Below are positions 1-7,437 of a stretch of DNA of 24,000 nucleotides, one piece after another. Position 1 is the first letter of the stretch, and every line of letters begins with the position of its first letter. Origin of the DNA: Lachnospiraceae bacterium (GTDB lineage Bacteria; Bacillota; Clostridia; Lachnospirales; Lachnospiraceae); contig JAVBRI010000008.1 of NCBI GenBank assembly GCA_031548165.1, positions 41,084-65,083 on the forward strand. The letters are read 5' to 3'. The notes beneath the pieces were generated by a model, which saw only the letters and a program-made list of their open reading frames with translations, made no database searches and was not told the DNA's origin. A program made the translations under genes and the position numbers.

Positions 1-1
1 A

Positions 2-961
2 TAGTCTTGCCGTTTTATCCTCTGCTTTTATAGAAAAGAAAATGATAATTATTAGTAAAAATATTAATGGTGCAAAAAATATTGCATTCAAGATATATAA
101 ATTAGTATTTGAGCTATTAAGTCCTAAAATTTCTGAAGTAGGAATAATAAAGGTAGCAAGTATAAATATACATTGTAAAAAATATATAAGACGAATATTC
201 TTTATTTTAGAAAATGAATATCCATTATATTGTTTAAGGATTAACTTGTTACGTAGTGCATAATAAATACAAGCGATAATAGCAACTGTTAAGAGAACCA
301 TATAAGGTAGAAGTAATGAATATGATTCTAAATCAATTACACTATTTGTAAAAACATTATCTCTTGCAAAAATAAATGGCAATGATAAAGTGAAAGCAAC
401 AGTATTCACTGATAAAATGATAAAAAAGTATTTATAGATATTAACTCTTTGTAATTTAAAAATATCCTTATTTTCTTCAGTAAATTCTTCGGAATTTAAC
501 ATTAAGTTTGATTTATTTACTTGTATAACAGAAATAATAATACTTGAAATGATAGTAATTAAGTTTATTCCAAATCCTAATACAGGTAAATAAAAGGCAT
601 ATGATATAGAGTATAGAAGAACTATGCCTACTATAGTAATAAGTAATGAAATATAAAATATATTTTTAAACTTTGTTTCAATGCTGTCTGCGAGCCACTT
701 TAGCTGTTTATCAGCCCTATTAGCCTTAGTGGACGGCATTTCTGATTTTATTATGCGTTCACCAAGTAAAATTTCATCACAAGTTGTTCCAAAAAGTTCT
801 GCTATAGCTGGAATTAATGCAATATCAGGATAACTTTCATCTCTTTCCCATTTACTTACAGTCTTATTTGATACATTTAGTTTGTCAGCAACCTCTTGCT
901 GAGTTAATCCATTGGATTTTCTTAAAACAGCTATGAAACTTCCAATTGTTTTCTTTTCCAT
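2..961 (-). CDS. XRE-family HTH transcriptional regulator with multi-pass membrane C-terminal domain (3' end lies beyond the window)
   Basis: Absent from the ORF track because it has no stop in the window. Reverse-strand ATG at 961..959, hand-translated without a stop down to position 2. N-terminus MEKKTIGSFIAVLRKSNGLTQQEVADKLNVSNKTVSKWERDESYPDIALIPAIAELFGTTCDEILLG is a classic Cro/XRE HTH. It is followed by several hydrophobic helices (IFYISLLITIVGIVLLYSISYAF, LLLPYMVLLTVAIIACIYYAL, LIFLLIIIIFFSI). Confidence 0.75.
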   Translation of the reverse strand, partial: MEKKTIGSFIAVLRKSNGLTQQEVADKLNVSNKTVSKWERDESYPDIALIPAIAELFGTTCDEILLGERIIKSEMPSTKANRADKQLKWLADSIETKFKNIFYISLLITIVGIVLLYSISYAFYLPVLGFGINLITIISSIIISVIQVNKSNLMLNSEEFTEENKDIFKLQRVNIYKYFFIILSVNTVAFTLSLPFIFARDNVFTNSVIDLESYSLLLPYMVLLTVAIIACIYYALRNKLILKQYNGYSFSKIKNIRLIYFLQCIFILATFIIPTSEILGLNSSNTNLYILNAIFFAPLIFLLIIIIFFSIKAEDKTARL

Positions 962-1164
962 TGTAATACCTCTTTCTATGTTATTTTGTTTGATTTCATT
1001 CTACGAAGTATGGATAGAAAAAGCTACCTACAGGTCGGAGATTTTGTCTCCGATTTGGAGAATTGTGATTTTTCAATCTATTATAACACATAAAAATCAG
1101 AAATAAAATTGATTAATAAATGGAAAGATTATGGTTAACATAAGATTAAAAAGGGAGGTTTGAA

Positions 1165-1722
1165 ATGATAGAGCAATATTTAATAAAGTATTGTGCACCA
1201 ACATTAGCATCAATAAAAACAGCAAGCTTATTTAGTATTGCATATGAAACCGAAGCGCAACTTGATTCATATATAGAAGAATATAATAAAGATTTTAAAA
1301 GAAAAGGTATAAAAATCGTAGCTTTAAAGAAAAGGGGAAGAGCACTAATTTATGTTTATCGAATAAAAAAATTGGAAAAAGATTTGAGCAAAAAGCATAT
1401 TATTGAATTTTTGAAGCAATTGAATTATAGCTTTAACAATGTAGAAGAAGCAATAGAATGTCTAAAAAATCGTATTTCTACATCAGAAAAATTTCCACAC
1501 GAAATAGGTTTGTTTTTAGGATATCCATATGAGGATGTAGTTGGGTTTATAGAGAATAAGGGGAAGAATAGTAAGTGTACAGGGGAGTGGAAAGTTTATT
1601 TTGACGAAAAGGAGGCTATAAAAAAATTTAAGAAGTATGAAAGATGTAAACAAATTTATTGGGAGTTTTGGTGTAATGGTAGAAGTGTATTGCAACTAAC
1701 TGTAGCTGAAAATTACAGCTAA
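1165..1722 (+). CDS. DUF3793-family protein (function unknown)
   Basis: 185-aa ORF preceded by AAAGGGAGG 7 nt upstream. Motifs CAPTLASIKTASLF, FPHEIGLFLGYPYEDVVGFI and GKNSKCTGEWKVY match my recollection of the DUF3793 family common in Clostridia. Confidence 0.7.
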   Translation: MIEQYLIKYCAPTLASIKTASLFSIAYETEAQLDSYIEEYNKDFKRKGIKIVALKKRGRALIYVYRIKKLEKDLSKKHIIEFLKQLNYSFNNVEEAIECLKNRISTSEKFPHEIGLFLGYPYEDVVGFIENKGKNSKCTGEWKVYFDEKEAIKKFKKYERCKQIYWEFWCNGRSVLQLTVAENYS

Positions 1723-1771
1723 AAAACCTTGCAGAAAAAATCAACATCTGCAAGGTTAGTATAAACAATTT

Positions 1772-2719
1772 TTATTTTACAACAATAGGAATGAAAAAAT
1801 CTGTTAAGTGATATCCCATCTTTTCTTTGAATATTTTGGGAGTACAAACATGAGTAAGAGTGTACCTAGTATAAGAGTCATTATTTTTATTAGATTCCTC
1901 AAAACAACCACTATCTTTAATCCACTTTTTAATAGATGCTTTTGTATTATCCATATCTACACCATCACCATCTTTAGCAGAACAAACAGCATATAGTCCG
2001 CCAGGGAAATCAATTACTTTATATCTGCTCGTATTTATGTAGTTTTCAGGTGGAGCAAATAGCCACATCATGCAATCATTTTCTTCGTCAAAGTACATAA
2101 AGTCTCTTGGAGTAATAAAATTTTTTACATCAATCCCATTTATAAATCTATCAAACTCTTCAAACTCCTTCATATCTTTTATTGGTTCTGAGGTTATCAT
2201 TTGCATAGCAGGAAAGTTGATAACCCTAATATCAGAACCTTTATTTAATTTTTCAGTTACCTCTAGTAATCTGTTTACATTTGAGCTGTTTCCATTATAA
2301 TCTACATTTACAATTTGTTGCTCTATATCCTTTGCTTTTTCATAAAGTAATTTAACATCATTTTCTTTATGAAAATCAAAGTCTTTAATCTGCTTTACAA
2401 AATCAAGTACAATTGTTTTTAGCTCGTGAAGTAATGCAACTTCATCATCAATATCGACCACTTTCTGATTAAGAACTTCAAGAACAACGTCTGAATTCTC
2501 GGATTGAAAAATCCTTTTTATATCTTTAATCTTAATATTTAGTTTTCTTAAAATAAGTATTTGTTCTAGACGCTTGATAGCAGTTTCGTCGTATAGTCTG
2601 TAAGCATAATCATCACTTTTAGTGCTTGTAAGAAGCCCCATTTCTTCATAATAAGTTAAAGCTCTTGATGATATATCATATTTTAATGATACCTCACGGA
2701 TTTTAATAAGTTCGTTCAT
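1772..2719 (-). CDS. MerR-family transcriptional regulator with C-terminal effector-binding (GyrI-like) domain
   Basis: N-terminal IREVSLKYDISSRALTYYEEMGLLTS...YRLYDETAIKRLEQILILRKLNIKIKDIKRIF is a typical MerR wHTH plus coiled-coil start. The C-terminal ~150 aa (GGLYAVCSAKDGD...) resembles GyrI-like/AraC_E_bind ligand domains (inference). Confidence 0.85.
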   Translation of the reverse strand: MNELIKIREVSLKYDISSRALTYYEEMGLLTSTKSDDYAYRLYDETAIKRLEQILILRKLNIKIKDIKRIFQSENSDVVLEVLNQKVVDIDDEVALLHELKTIVLDFVKQIKDFDFHKENDVKLLYEKAKDIEQQIVNVDYNGNSSNVNRLLEVTEKLNKGSDIRVINFPAMQMITSEPIKDMKEFEEFDRFINGIDVKNFITPRDFMYFDEENDCMMWLFAPPENYINTSRYKVIDFPGGLYAVCSAKDGDGVDMDNTKASIKKWIKDSGCFEESNKNNDSYTRYTLTHVCTPKIFKEKMGYHLTDFFIPIVVK

Positions 2720-2751
2720 TTTTCTTGTTCCTTTCGTGATTTGATAAGATT

Positions 2752-2782
2752 ATGATACAGTACTACGCAACGTAGTAGTCAA
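2752..2782 (-). promoter_or_regulatory. MerR-type promoter: -35 TTGACT, 19-bp spacer containing a dyad, -10 TATCAT
   Basis: Minus strand reads TTGACT(2782..2777)-ACTACGTTGCGTAGTACTG-TATCAT(2757..2752). The 17-bp palindrome TACTACG-TTG-CGTAGTA (2761-2777) fills the over-long 19-bp spacer. This is the hallmark architecture of MerR-controlled promoters, directly upstream of the MerR gene. Confidence 0.6.
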
Positions 2783-2797
2783 GAACTATCTGATTAT

Positions 2798-3940
2798 TTA
2801 TAATAATAAACTCCAAAACTCTTTAAGTAAAGATAATTCAAGCTCTCTTGATTCATTTAATATATTTATAATTTCTAAATGTGTATTATCAGAAGAATTA
2901 TTTGTTTTATTGAATATCGCAATAATATCTCTGGCATTTTCACATATTTTATTATATCCATCAATTAATCTTGAAACAATATCTTTCTCAAAATCATCAA
3001 TTTCATAAATATATTGTTCTAAGAATTCGCATAAACGCAATTTACTTTCATAATAGATAAAGATATAGGGAAAAAGGGTGTCTAAATCTTTTAAGTGTTT
3101 TTGGTTTGAGAGCATACTATAGCCTGTTTTTAATGCATTTAGGCAAGCTTGATGTAAGTTTAATTTACTTGAAGTAGTTTTTATAATAATTAAATCAACT
3201 TCATTGTTAAACCAATCTGGATATTTATTTAATTTTGTAAAATCGAAAGAAGAATTCTTCTTATCATCACCATCAATAAAGCCTAAACCTCTTAATATTT
3301 TTCCTTCAGAATTAAAACCAGTAGCTAATATAAGTTCAGAATATTCTTTAGGTTCAATGATAACAGGAAAACCATTTTTAATGTTATCTGTTGCTAAGGA
3401 TATAAATTCATTTATAGAATAATCAGCCTTTTTATGGCGTTCATAATCTAAACCATATATAAAAAAACAATCTTTTGAAAGTTCATCAGGTGTATATGAG
3501 TAACCGAAGGCTTGAGTGGATATTACAGATTGCAATGTATATTCTTTATCATCATTAATTTGTCTGTTCATATTATTTAGTCTTGTTTCCAATCCCATAA
3601 ATAATTTCAAAGCAGCAAATAGTGAAGGATAAGCCATACTGTGAGGCCAACTAGAACCTGTATATTTTCCAACTGGCTTATAAGGCATTAATGTAATTTC
3701 GAAATTTTCACTTTTCTTTTTTACAGGAAAATCTCTTGATAATAAAATATAGTCAATAGAACAATCCAGTAATTCAGAAAGCGTTGGCAATAGTATTGTT
3801 TCTGGTAATGTATGCCCATTTTCCCATTTGCTTATGGCTTGAGGACTGACACCAAGCTTTTGGGCTAAATATTCTTGCGTAAAGCCTTTTTCTTTTCGTA
3901 GGAAGGCTATTTGTTTACCAACCTTAATATTATCAAACAT
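2798..3940 (-). CDS. XRE-family HTH regulator fused to an uncharacterized ~300-aa domain (paralogous to the product of 4101..5279)
   Basis: N-terminal VGKQIAFLRKEKGFTQEYLAQKLGVSPQAISKWENGHTLPETILLPTLSELLDCSIDYILL is an XRE HTH. From aa ~95 the sequence SSWPHSMAYPSLFAALKLFMGLETR...STQAFGYSY...FPVIIEP...LILATGFNSEGKIL aligns with the neighbouring 392-aa protein. RBS AAAGGAG lies upstream of the ATG. Confidence 0.8.
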   Translation of the reverse strand: MFDNIKVGKQIAFLRKEKGFTQEYLAQKLGVSPQAISKWENGHTLPETILLPTLSELLDCSIDYILLSRDFPVKKKSENFEITLMPYKPVGKYTGSSWPHSMAYPSLFAALKLFMGLETRLNNMNRQINDDKEYTLQSVISTQAFGYSYTPDELSKDCFFIYGLDYERHKKADYSINEFISLATDNIKNGFPVIIEPKEYSELILATGFNSEGKILRGLGFIDGDDKKNSSFDFTKLNKYPDWFNNEVDLIIIKTTSSKLNLHQACLNALKTGYSMLSNQKHLKDLDTLFPYIFIYYESKLRLCEFLEQYIYEIDDFEKDIVSRLIDGYNKICENARDIIAIFNKTNNSSDNTHLEIINILNESRELELSLLKEFWSLLL

Positions 3941-4047
3941 AATTTATCTCCTTTACAATTCTTTTCTTAATTATAATATTTGATATTCTATTTTTCTATT
4001 CTATTTGGGTTGTATTTTAGATAGGAAAATCAACTTACAGTTAAGTT

Positions 4048-4082
4048 TATATAAAGCAAAACCGTCAACATAATCGACGGTT
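4048..4082 (-). terminator. Rho-independent terminator downstream of the 392-aa gene
   Basis: Inverted repeat AACCGTC (4060-4066) / GACGGTT (4076-4082), 9-nt loop. On the minus strand it is followed by TTTGCTTTATAT. It begins 18 nt after the stop at 4101. Confidence 0.5.
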
Positions 4083-4100
4083 CTGCAATAGAGTTAAAAA

Positions 4101-5279
4101 TTAATCTTTTAACTGTATAGTATTTTCATTTACCCATTCAGCACGTTCTTTTTTTACAAGACCTTTTGCACGACGAAGGTAAGTGGAATTTTTAACAATA
4201 CTGTTTTTATCAATAACAGTAATAACACGAGTATCTCTAGGAGCATATAAACTATCTAAAACACTTTTAATATTATCAGCAGCTTTCTTATCAAGCGTTT
4301 TACAATACTTAGCAATTTCAACTATGGTATCTCTTGTTGAACGAGCTAGTGGTTTAGTCTTACTATGACCATTAACAAGATTGTGAATTTTCCACATATT
4401 GTTATGTATTTCATCAAAAGCATCAGAAGCATCTTTTAGAAAAATGGAATATTCTTCAGCTTCCTTGAAGAAATATATTGTATATGCTCTGCGTTCAGCC
4501 ATATCAAACTTTTCAGGTGAAATATATTTTAAAATGTTAGATTTATAAATACGATCATTATTAAGACGAGAAATCCATTTATCCCACATGTATTCACCGT
4601 ATCCATATTCACCATAAGTTTCATTTGTTTCTGTTAGCATTTCATATGCAATCTTTAAAGTTCGTAAAATAACATCTTTTCTATCAAGAGGTTCGCATAT
4701 TCCATCTATAAATATAACAGCATAAAAACTATCAACCCAATCATGATAAGGTGTGCTGTTAGCACTGATCATAATGCCAGTATGACCATCATGTGTTAAT
4801 AAAGTATCTCCATTGTCCTCATATCCTACAACTAATTTAAGGGGAGAGTAGTTACCACCTTTTTTTCTAATCAGAATGACAGGTAAATCAGATGCTAAGT
4901 GAAGTAATATTTCATCCCTTATAGTATCAGAATTAAGAACTTCATCTTTTATGGCGACACTGTCATCAGCAACTAATCGGAAATTAATTCCTTCTGACAA
5001 AAAGCAATCTTCTAGTGGCTGGGAATTCCATTTACCAAGCATTAAGGATTCTCTCTCATAATGTTGAAAAAGTCCAAAGCCTTCAGTAGATACCGCCATT
5101 TGAAAAAAGTAATCGTAATCATTCATATAACCGTTATATTCAGATACTCTTGATTCAAGTCCTAAAAAAGTTTTAAGAGCACTCATCATAGCAGGAAATG
5201 CCATATTATGAGGGCAATGATTAGCAGGCTGCCTTACTCCGCGTTCAGTAAGCATAAAGCTTTCTGGTATATTATTCAT
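4101..5279 (-). CDS. Hypothetical protein; free-standing paralog of the C-terminal domain of the adjacent XRE-fusion regulator
   Basis: 392-aa ORF with RBS GGAGG (5288-5292 on the minus strand) 8 nt before the ATG. NHCPHNMAFPAMMSALKTFLGLESR...STEGFGLFQH...LPVILIRK...LKLVVGYEDNGDTLL aligns with the 380-aa neighbour. I recognise no confident family; a possible BtrH/C39-like papain fold is only a guess. Confidence 0.75.
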   Translation of the reverse strand: MNNIPESFMLTERGVRQPANHCPHNMAFPAMMSALKTFLGLESRVSEYNGYMNDYDYFFQMAVSTEGFGLFQHYERESLMLGKWNSQPLEDCFLSEGINFRLVADDSVAIKDEVLNSDTIRDEILLHLASDLPVILIRKKGGNYSPLKLVVGYEDNGDTLLTHDGHTGIMISANSTPYHDWVDSFYAVIFIDGICEPLDRKDVILRTLKIAYEMLTETNETYGEYGYGEYMWDKWISRLNNDRIYKSNILKYISPEKFDMAERRAYTIYFFKEAEEYSIFLKDASDAFDEIHNNMWKIHNLVNGHSKTKPLARSTRDTIVEIAKYCKTLDKKAADNIKSVLDSLYAPRDTRVITVIDKNSIVKNSTYLRRAKGLVKKERAEWVNENTIQLKD

Positions 5280-5437
5280 TGTAATTCCTCCGTTAGATTA
5301 AACGGCAAGACACATTTTAATAGAAACCCTGTGTCTGCCGTTATATATACGACAAAGACACTTGAGTCTTTGCATTAAGTCAATTATTAAAATACATACT
5401 CTGTTTGTTTTGATGGGTGCCGTCCCCACAAATGTAT
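5280..5437 (-). promoter_or_regulatory. Structured ~155-nt 5' leader of the 392-aa gene (two hairpins; candidate cis-regulatory RNA)
   Basis: Lies between the predicted promoter (5444-5471) and the ATG at 5279. Hairpin CAAAGAC/GTCTTTG (5353-5372). Strong 13-bp stem with one bulge, AACGGCAAGACACA (5301-5314) / TGTGTCTGCCGTT (5330-5342). The 3' arm ends in CCGTT and AACGG recurs immediately 5' of the GGAGG RBS. Confidence 0.35.
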
Positions 5438-5443
5438 ATAATA

Positions 5444-5471
5444 ATTATATCTACAAAATGAGAAAAGTCAA
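5444..5471 (-). promoter_or_regulatory. Sigma-A type promoter for the 392-aa gene
   Basis: Minus strand TTGACT (5471..5466), 16-nt spacer, TATAAT (5449..5444), starting 4 nt after the kinase stop codon. Confidence 0.55.
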
Positions 5472-5474
5472 CTT

Positions 5475-6299
5475 TTATTGTGTAAGTGCAATTCTTGTGC
5501 ATGGTATAACACCTGAAATTAAATCAGATACTCTATGCCTTGAATGTCCGATAATTACAGTAGTACCACATCTTGCGGCTGGAATAATATACTCGAGTTT
5601 TGCTCTAGCGCCTTGTGCACCTGCACGACTTGCACCTACGCATGATTCTTGTAATGCACGAATATTTTCTTCAAGTTCATCGGCAGTAGTACCACTAACA
5701 GATTCAACTAATGTGCTAGGATTTGTTGCATCACGATATATTCCTTCCGCTGAAGTTAAGATAACAAGTGTGTTAGCACCAACTAAATCCGCAATGACAG
5801 CAGCAGTTTCATCATTATCGATACATTCAACTACAGTATCTGTATTTTCACGTAATACAGAAAGTTCTAATTTACGGTTTTCTTCAGCAGAAACAGGGTC
5901 ATTATAGTTTATAATAGATACTGCGCCTTGCTTCGCAGAGCGAAGTAATAATTGTCTTATATGCTCACGTTTAGAAGGGTCATTAAAATGAGTATGTTCA
6001 ACTAAAACTTGTCGAAGAGAGTATTCAGGTCTTATAAATTCTCTATATTGCGACATGAGTATGGCTTGTCCCTGTGCAGCATAATCACTAAGAATATCTT
6101 CTTTTTCACCCTTTAGTTCATTGCCTGTACGTTTAATATAGTCTAAATGACCAATTTCAGTTGCTCCAGAACTGATTAACGCAACACCAGGTTTAAGTTC
6201 AGAGCTTAAGCGAGAGAGTATATTGTAGTCAATATCATTATCTTCTTTACGAATGAGTGCCATTGAGCCAATTTTTATAACGAGGTCTAGTTTATCCAT
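5475..6299 (-). CDS. Amino-acid-kinase family protein, divergent glutamate-5-kinase (ProB)-like, no PUA domain
   Basis: 274 aa, collinear with E. coli ProB as I recall it: VIKIGSMAL / VVKLGTSVL, ISSGATEIG / VTSGAIAAG, AAQGQAILM / AAVGQSRLI, IINYNDPVSAEE / VINENDAVATAE, IDNDETAAVIADLVGANTLVILTSAEGIY / [29 protein letters not shown]. The glycine-rich GTGGMxTK loop is replaced by RAGAQGARAK. Confidence 0.8.
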   Translation of the reverse strand: MDKLDLVIKIGSMALIRKEDNDIDYNILSRLSSELKPGVALISSGATEIGHLDYIKRTGNELKGEKEDILSDYAAQGQAILMSQYREFIRPEYSLRQVLVEHTHFNDPSKREHIRQLLLRSAKQGAVSIINYNDPVSAEENRKLELSVLRENTDTVVECIDNDETAAVIADLVGANTLVILTSAEGIYRDATNPSTLVESVSGTTADELEENIRALQESCVGASRAGAQGARAKLEYIIPAARCGTTVIIGHSRHRVSDLISGVIPCTRIALTQ

Positions 6300-6333
6300 G
6301 TAGACACGTCCTTTCCTTTGTTAAATTATTATA

Positions 6334-6361
6334 ATTATATTTGTATTAATAAAAAAGTCAA
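6334..6361 (-). promoter_or_regulatory. Sigma-A type promoter for the kinase gene
   Basis: Minus strand TTGACT (6361..6356), 16-nt spacer, TATAAT (6339..6334). The flanks AGTTGACTTTT and ATATAATTAT are identical to the promoter at 5444-5471. Confidence 0.55.
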
Positions 6362-6446
6362 CTGTTTTTAATGACATTTGTTTTTGATTTATATATTGAT
6401 TTTTATATGATAAAATAAAAATATTATTTTTAAGGAGATATAAACA

Positions 6447-7268
6447 ATGGAATTTAAAAATTATGAAACTCTTTCTGCATCAGTTAAAGAGCAAATAAAT
6501 AAAATGGCTAACATATGGGTTGACAGTTTAGGAGATTCATTAATAGGAATATATTTACATGGTTCAATTGCATTAAATTGTTTTGTAGAGGGAAGTAGTG
6601 ATATAGATATTCTTATTGTAAGCGATAGAAAAATATCACGTGATGAAAGACTGGCTATTGCTAAAAGAATAATTGAAATAGATTATAAGCCATCACCGCT
6701 TGAAATGTCTGCAATTTGGATAAATGATTTAAAACCGTGGAAATATCCAACTCCTTGCCAGTTTCATTATAGTGATTATTGGACTGAAAAATATAATAAG
6801 ATGCTAAGTGGTGAAATAAAAGAAAGTTTTATAATTGATGAAGATTTTACAGATGAAGATATAGCATGTCATGTTAACTTAATAAACCAAAGTGGTATCT
6901 GTATATATGGAAAAGAGGTAAAAGATGTTTTTCCTTTGGTTCCTGAAAAAGATTTTTGGAATTCTATATCTTCTGATATAGAAATGGATTTTAATGCACT
7001 AAATCCTAGATATTTTGTTAGTAATATACTTTCTTTAGGCCGAGTTTTATCATATAAGTATGAAAAGAAAATTCTATCAAAATATGATGCTGGAATATGG
7101 ACATTAAACCATGTACCAGAAAGATTTAAATATATTATCGATAATTCTATTAAATCATGGTATTTAGACGAAGGCGATATTGATTTTAAGGAAGAAGATC
7201 TGAATGATTTAAAAGAATTATTGATAAATGAAATACAATCAAATCTCTTCCCAAAAGATATCATTTAA
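6447..7268 (+). CDS. Aminoglycoside-type nucleotidyltransferase, AadA/ANT(3'')-ANT(9)-like (NTase domain + DUF4111-like C-terminus)
   Basis: RBS AAGGAG. IGIYLHGSIALNCFVEGSSDIDILIV is the GS...SD(I/L)D(I/L) NTase motif. PLEMSAIWINDLKPWKYPTPCQFHYSDYW and DIACHVNLINQSGICIYGKEVKDVFPLVPEKDFWNSI parallel AadA (VEVTIVVHDDIIPWRYPAKRELQFGEW, DLAILLTKAREHSVALVGPAAEELFDPVPEQDLFEAL). Confidence 0.8.
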   Translation: MEFKNYETLSASVKEQINKMANIWVDSLGDSLIGIYLHGSIALNCFVEGSSDIDILIVSDRKISRDERLAIAKRIIEIDYKPSPLEMSAIWINDLKPWKYPTPCQFHYSDYWTEKYNKMLSGEIKESFIIDEDFTDEDIACHVNLINQSGICIYGKEVKDVFPLVPEKDFWNSISSDIEMDFNALNPRYFVSNILSLGRVLSYKYEKKILSKYDAGIWTLNHVPERFKYIIDNSIKSWYLDEGDIDFKEEDLNDLKELLINEIQSNLFPKDII

Positions 7269-7436
7269 GGTTTTGCCTAAAACATTACAAATAGCAATAC
7301 AAAGGTTAATAGTAGGGTTATAATCACCTTTTTCGATAGCATTAATAGTCTGTCTTGATACTCCAACTAAGTCTGCTAGTTGTTGCTGTGATAAGTCTTT
7401 AGCGGCTCTTGCTGATTTTAATTTTAAATTTTTCAT
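7239..7436 (-). CDS. Small XRE/Cro-family HTH transcriptional regulator (65 aa)
   Basis: LKSARAAKDLSQQQLADLVGVSRQTINAIEKGDYNPTINLCIAICNVLGKTLNDIFW is essentially a bare HTH_3 domain. The ATG (7436) lies 1 nt after the stop of the upstream membrane-protein gene. The 3' end overlaps the ANT gene by 30 nt. Confidence 0.85.
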   Translation of the reverse strand: MKNLKLKSARAAKDLSQQQLADLVGVSRQTINAIEKGDYNPTINLCIAICNVLGKTLNDIFWEEI

Positions 7437-7437
7437 A

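Noticed and set aside
1035-1053. 7-bp inverted repeat TCGGAGA-TTTTG-TCTCCGA in the XRE-TM / DUF3793 divergent region
   Set aside because: It could be an operator or a small hairpin. It is short and unique in the window, and I could not place promoter elements around it, so the support is too weak to call.
42-1106. Track ORFs 42..263 (+) and 912..1106 (+, TTG start)
   Set aside because: The first is antisense to the unlisted XRE-TM gene, which is open across the whole region. The second starts inside that gene's 5' end and runs through the divergent intergenic region. Neither has an RBS or motifs.
5280-5437. Assigning the leader to a known riboswitch class (guanidine-II ACGR hairpins because of GGGGACGGCACCC at 5415-5427, preQ1, ZTP, T-box)
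   Set aside because: GGGGACGGCACCC does not form the required closed ACGR tetraloop stem, and there is no second matching hairpin. No specifier/T-box or other consensus elements are visible. It is kept only as an unclassified structured leader.
5362-5907. 181-aa plus-strand ORF (Ala/Ser/Thr/Val-rich) overlapping the kinase gene
   Set aside because: It lies antisense to a gene with clear ProB homology and runs through the predicted promoter and leader. It has low-complexity composition, no RBS and no recognisable motif. It is a shadow ORF caused by the locally higher GC content.
6869-7264. 131-aa minus-strand ORF inside the ANT gene
   Set aside because: It is antisense to the AadA-like frame, which carries the NTase motif. 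It has no homology features and would collide with the real mini-HTH gene.
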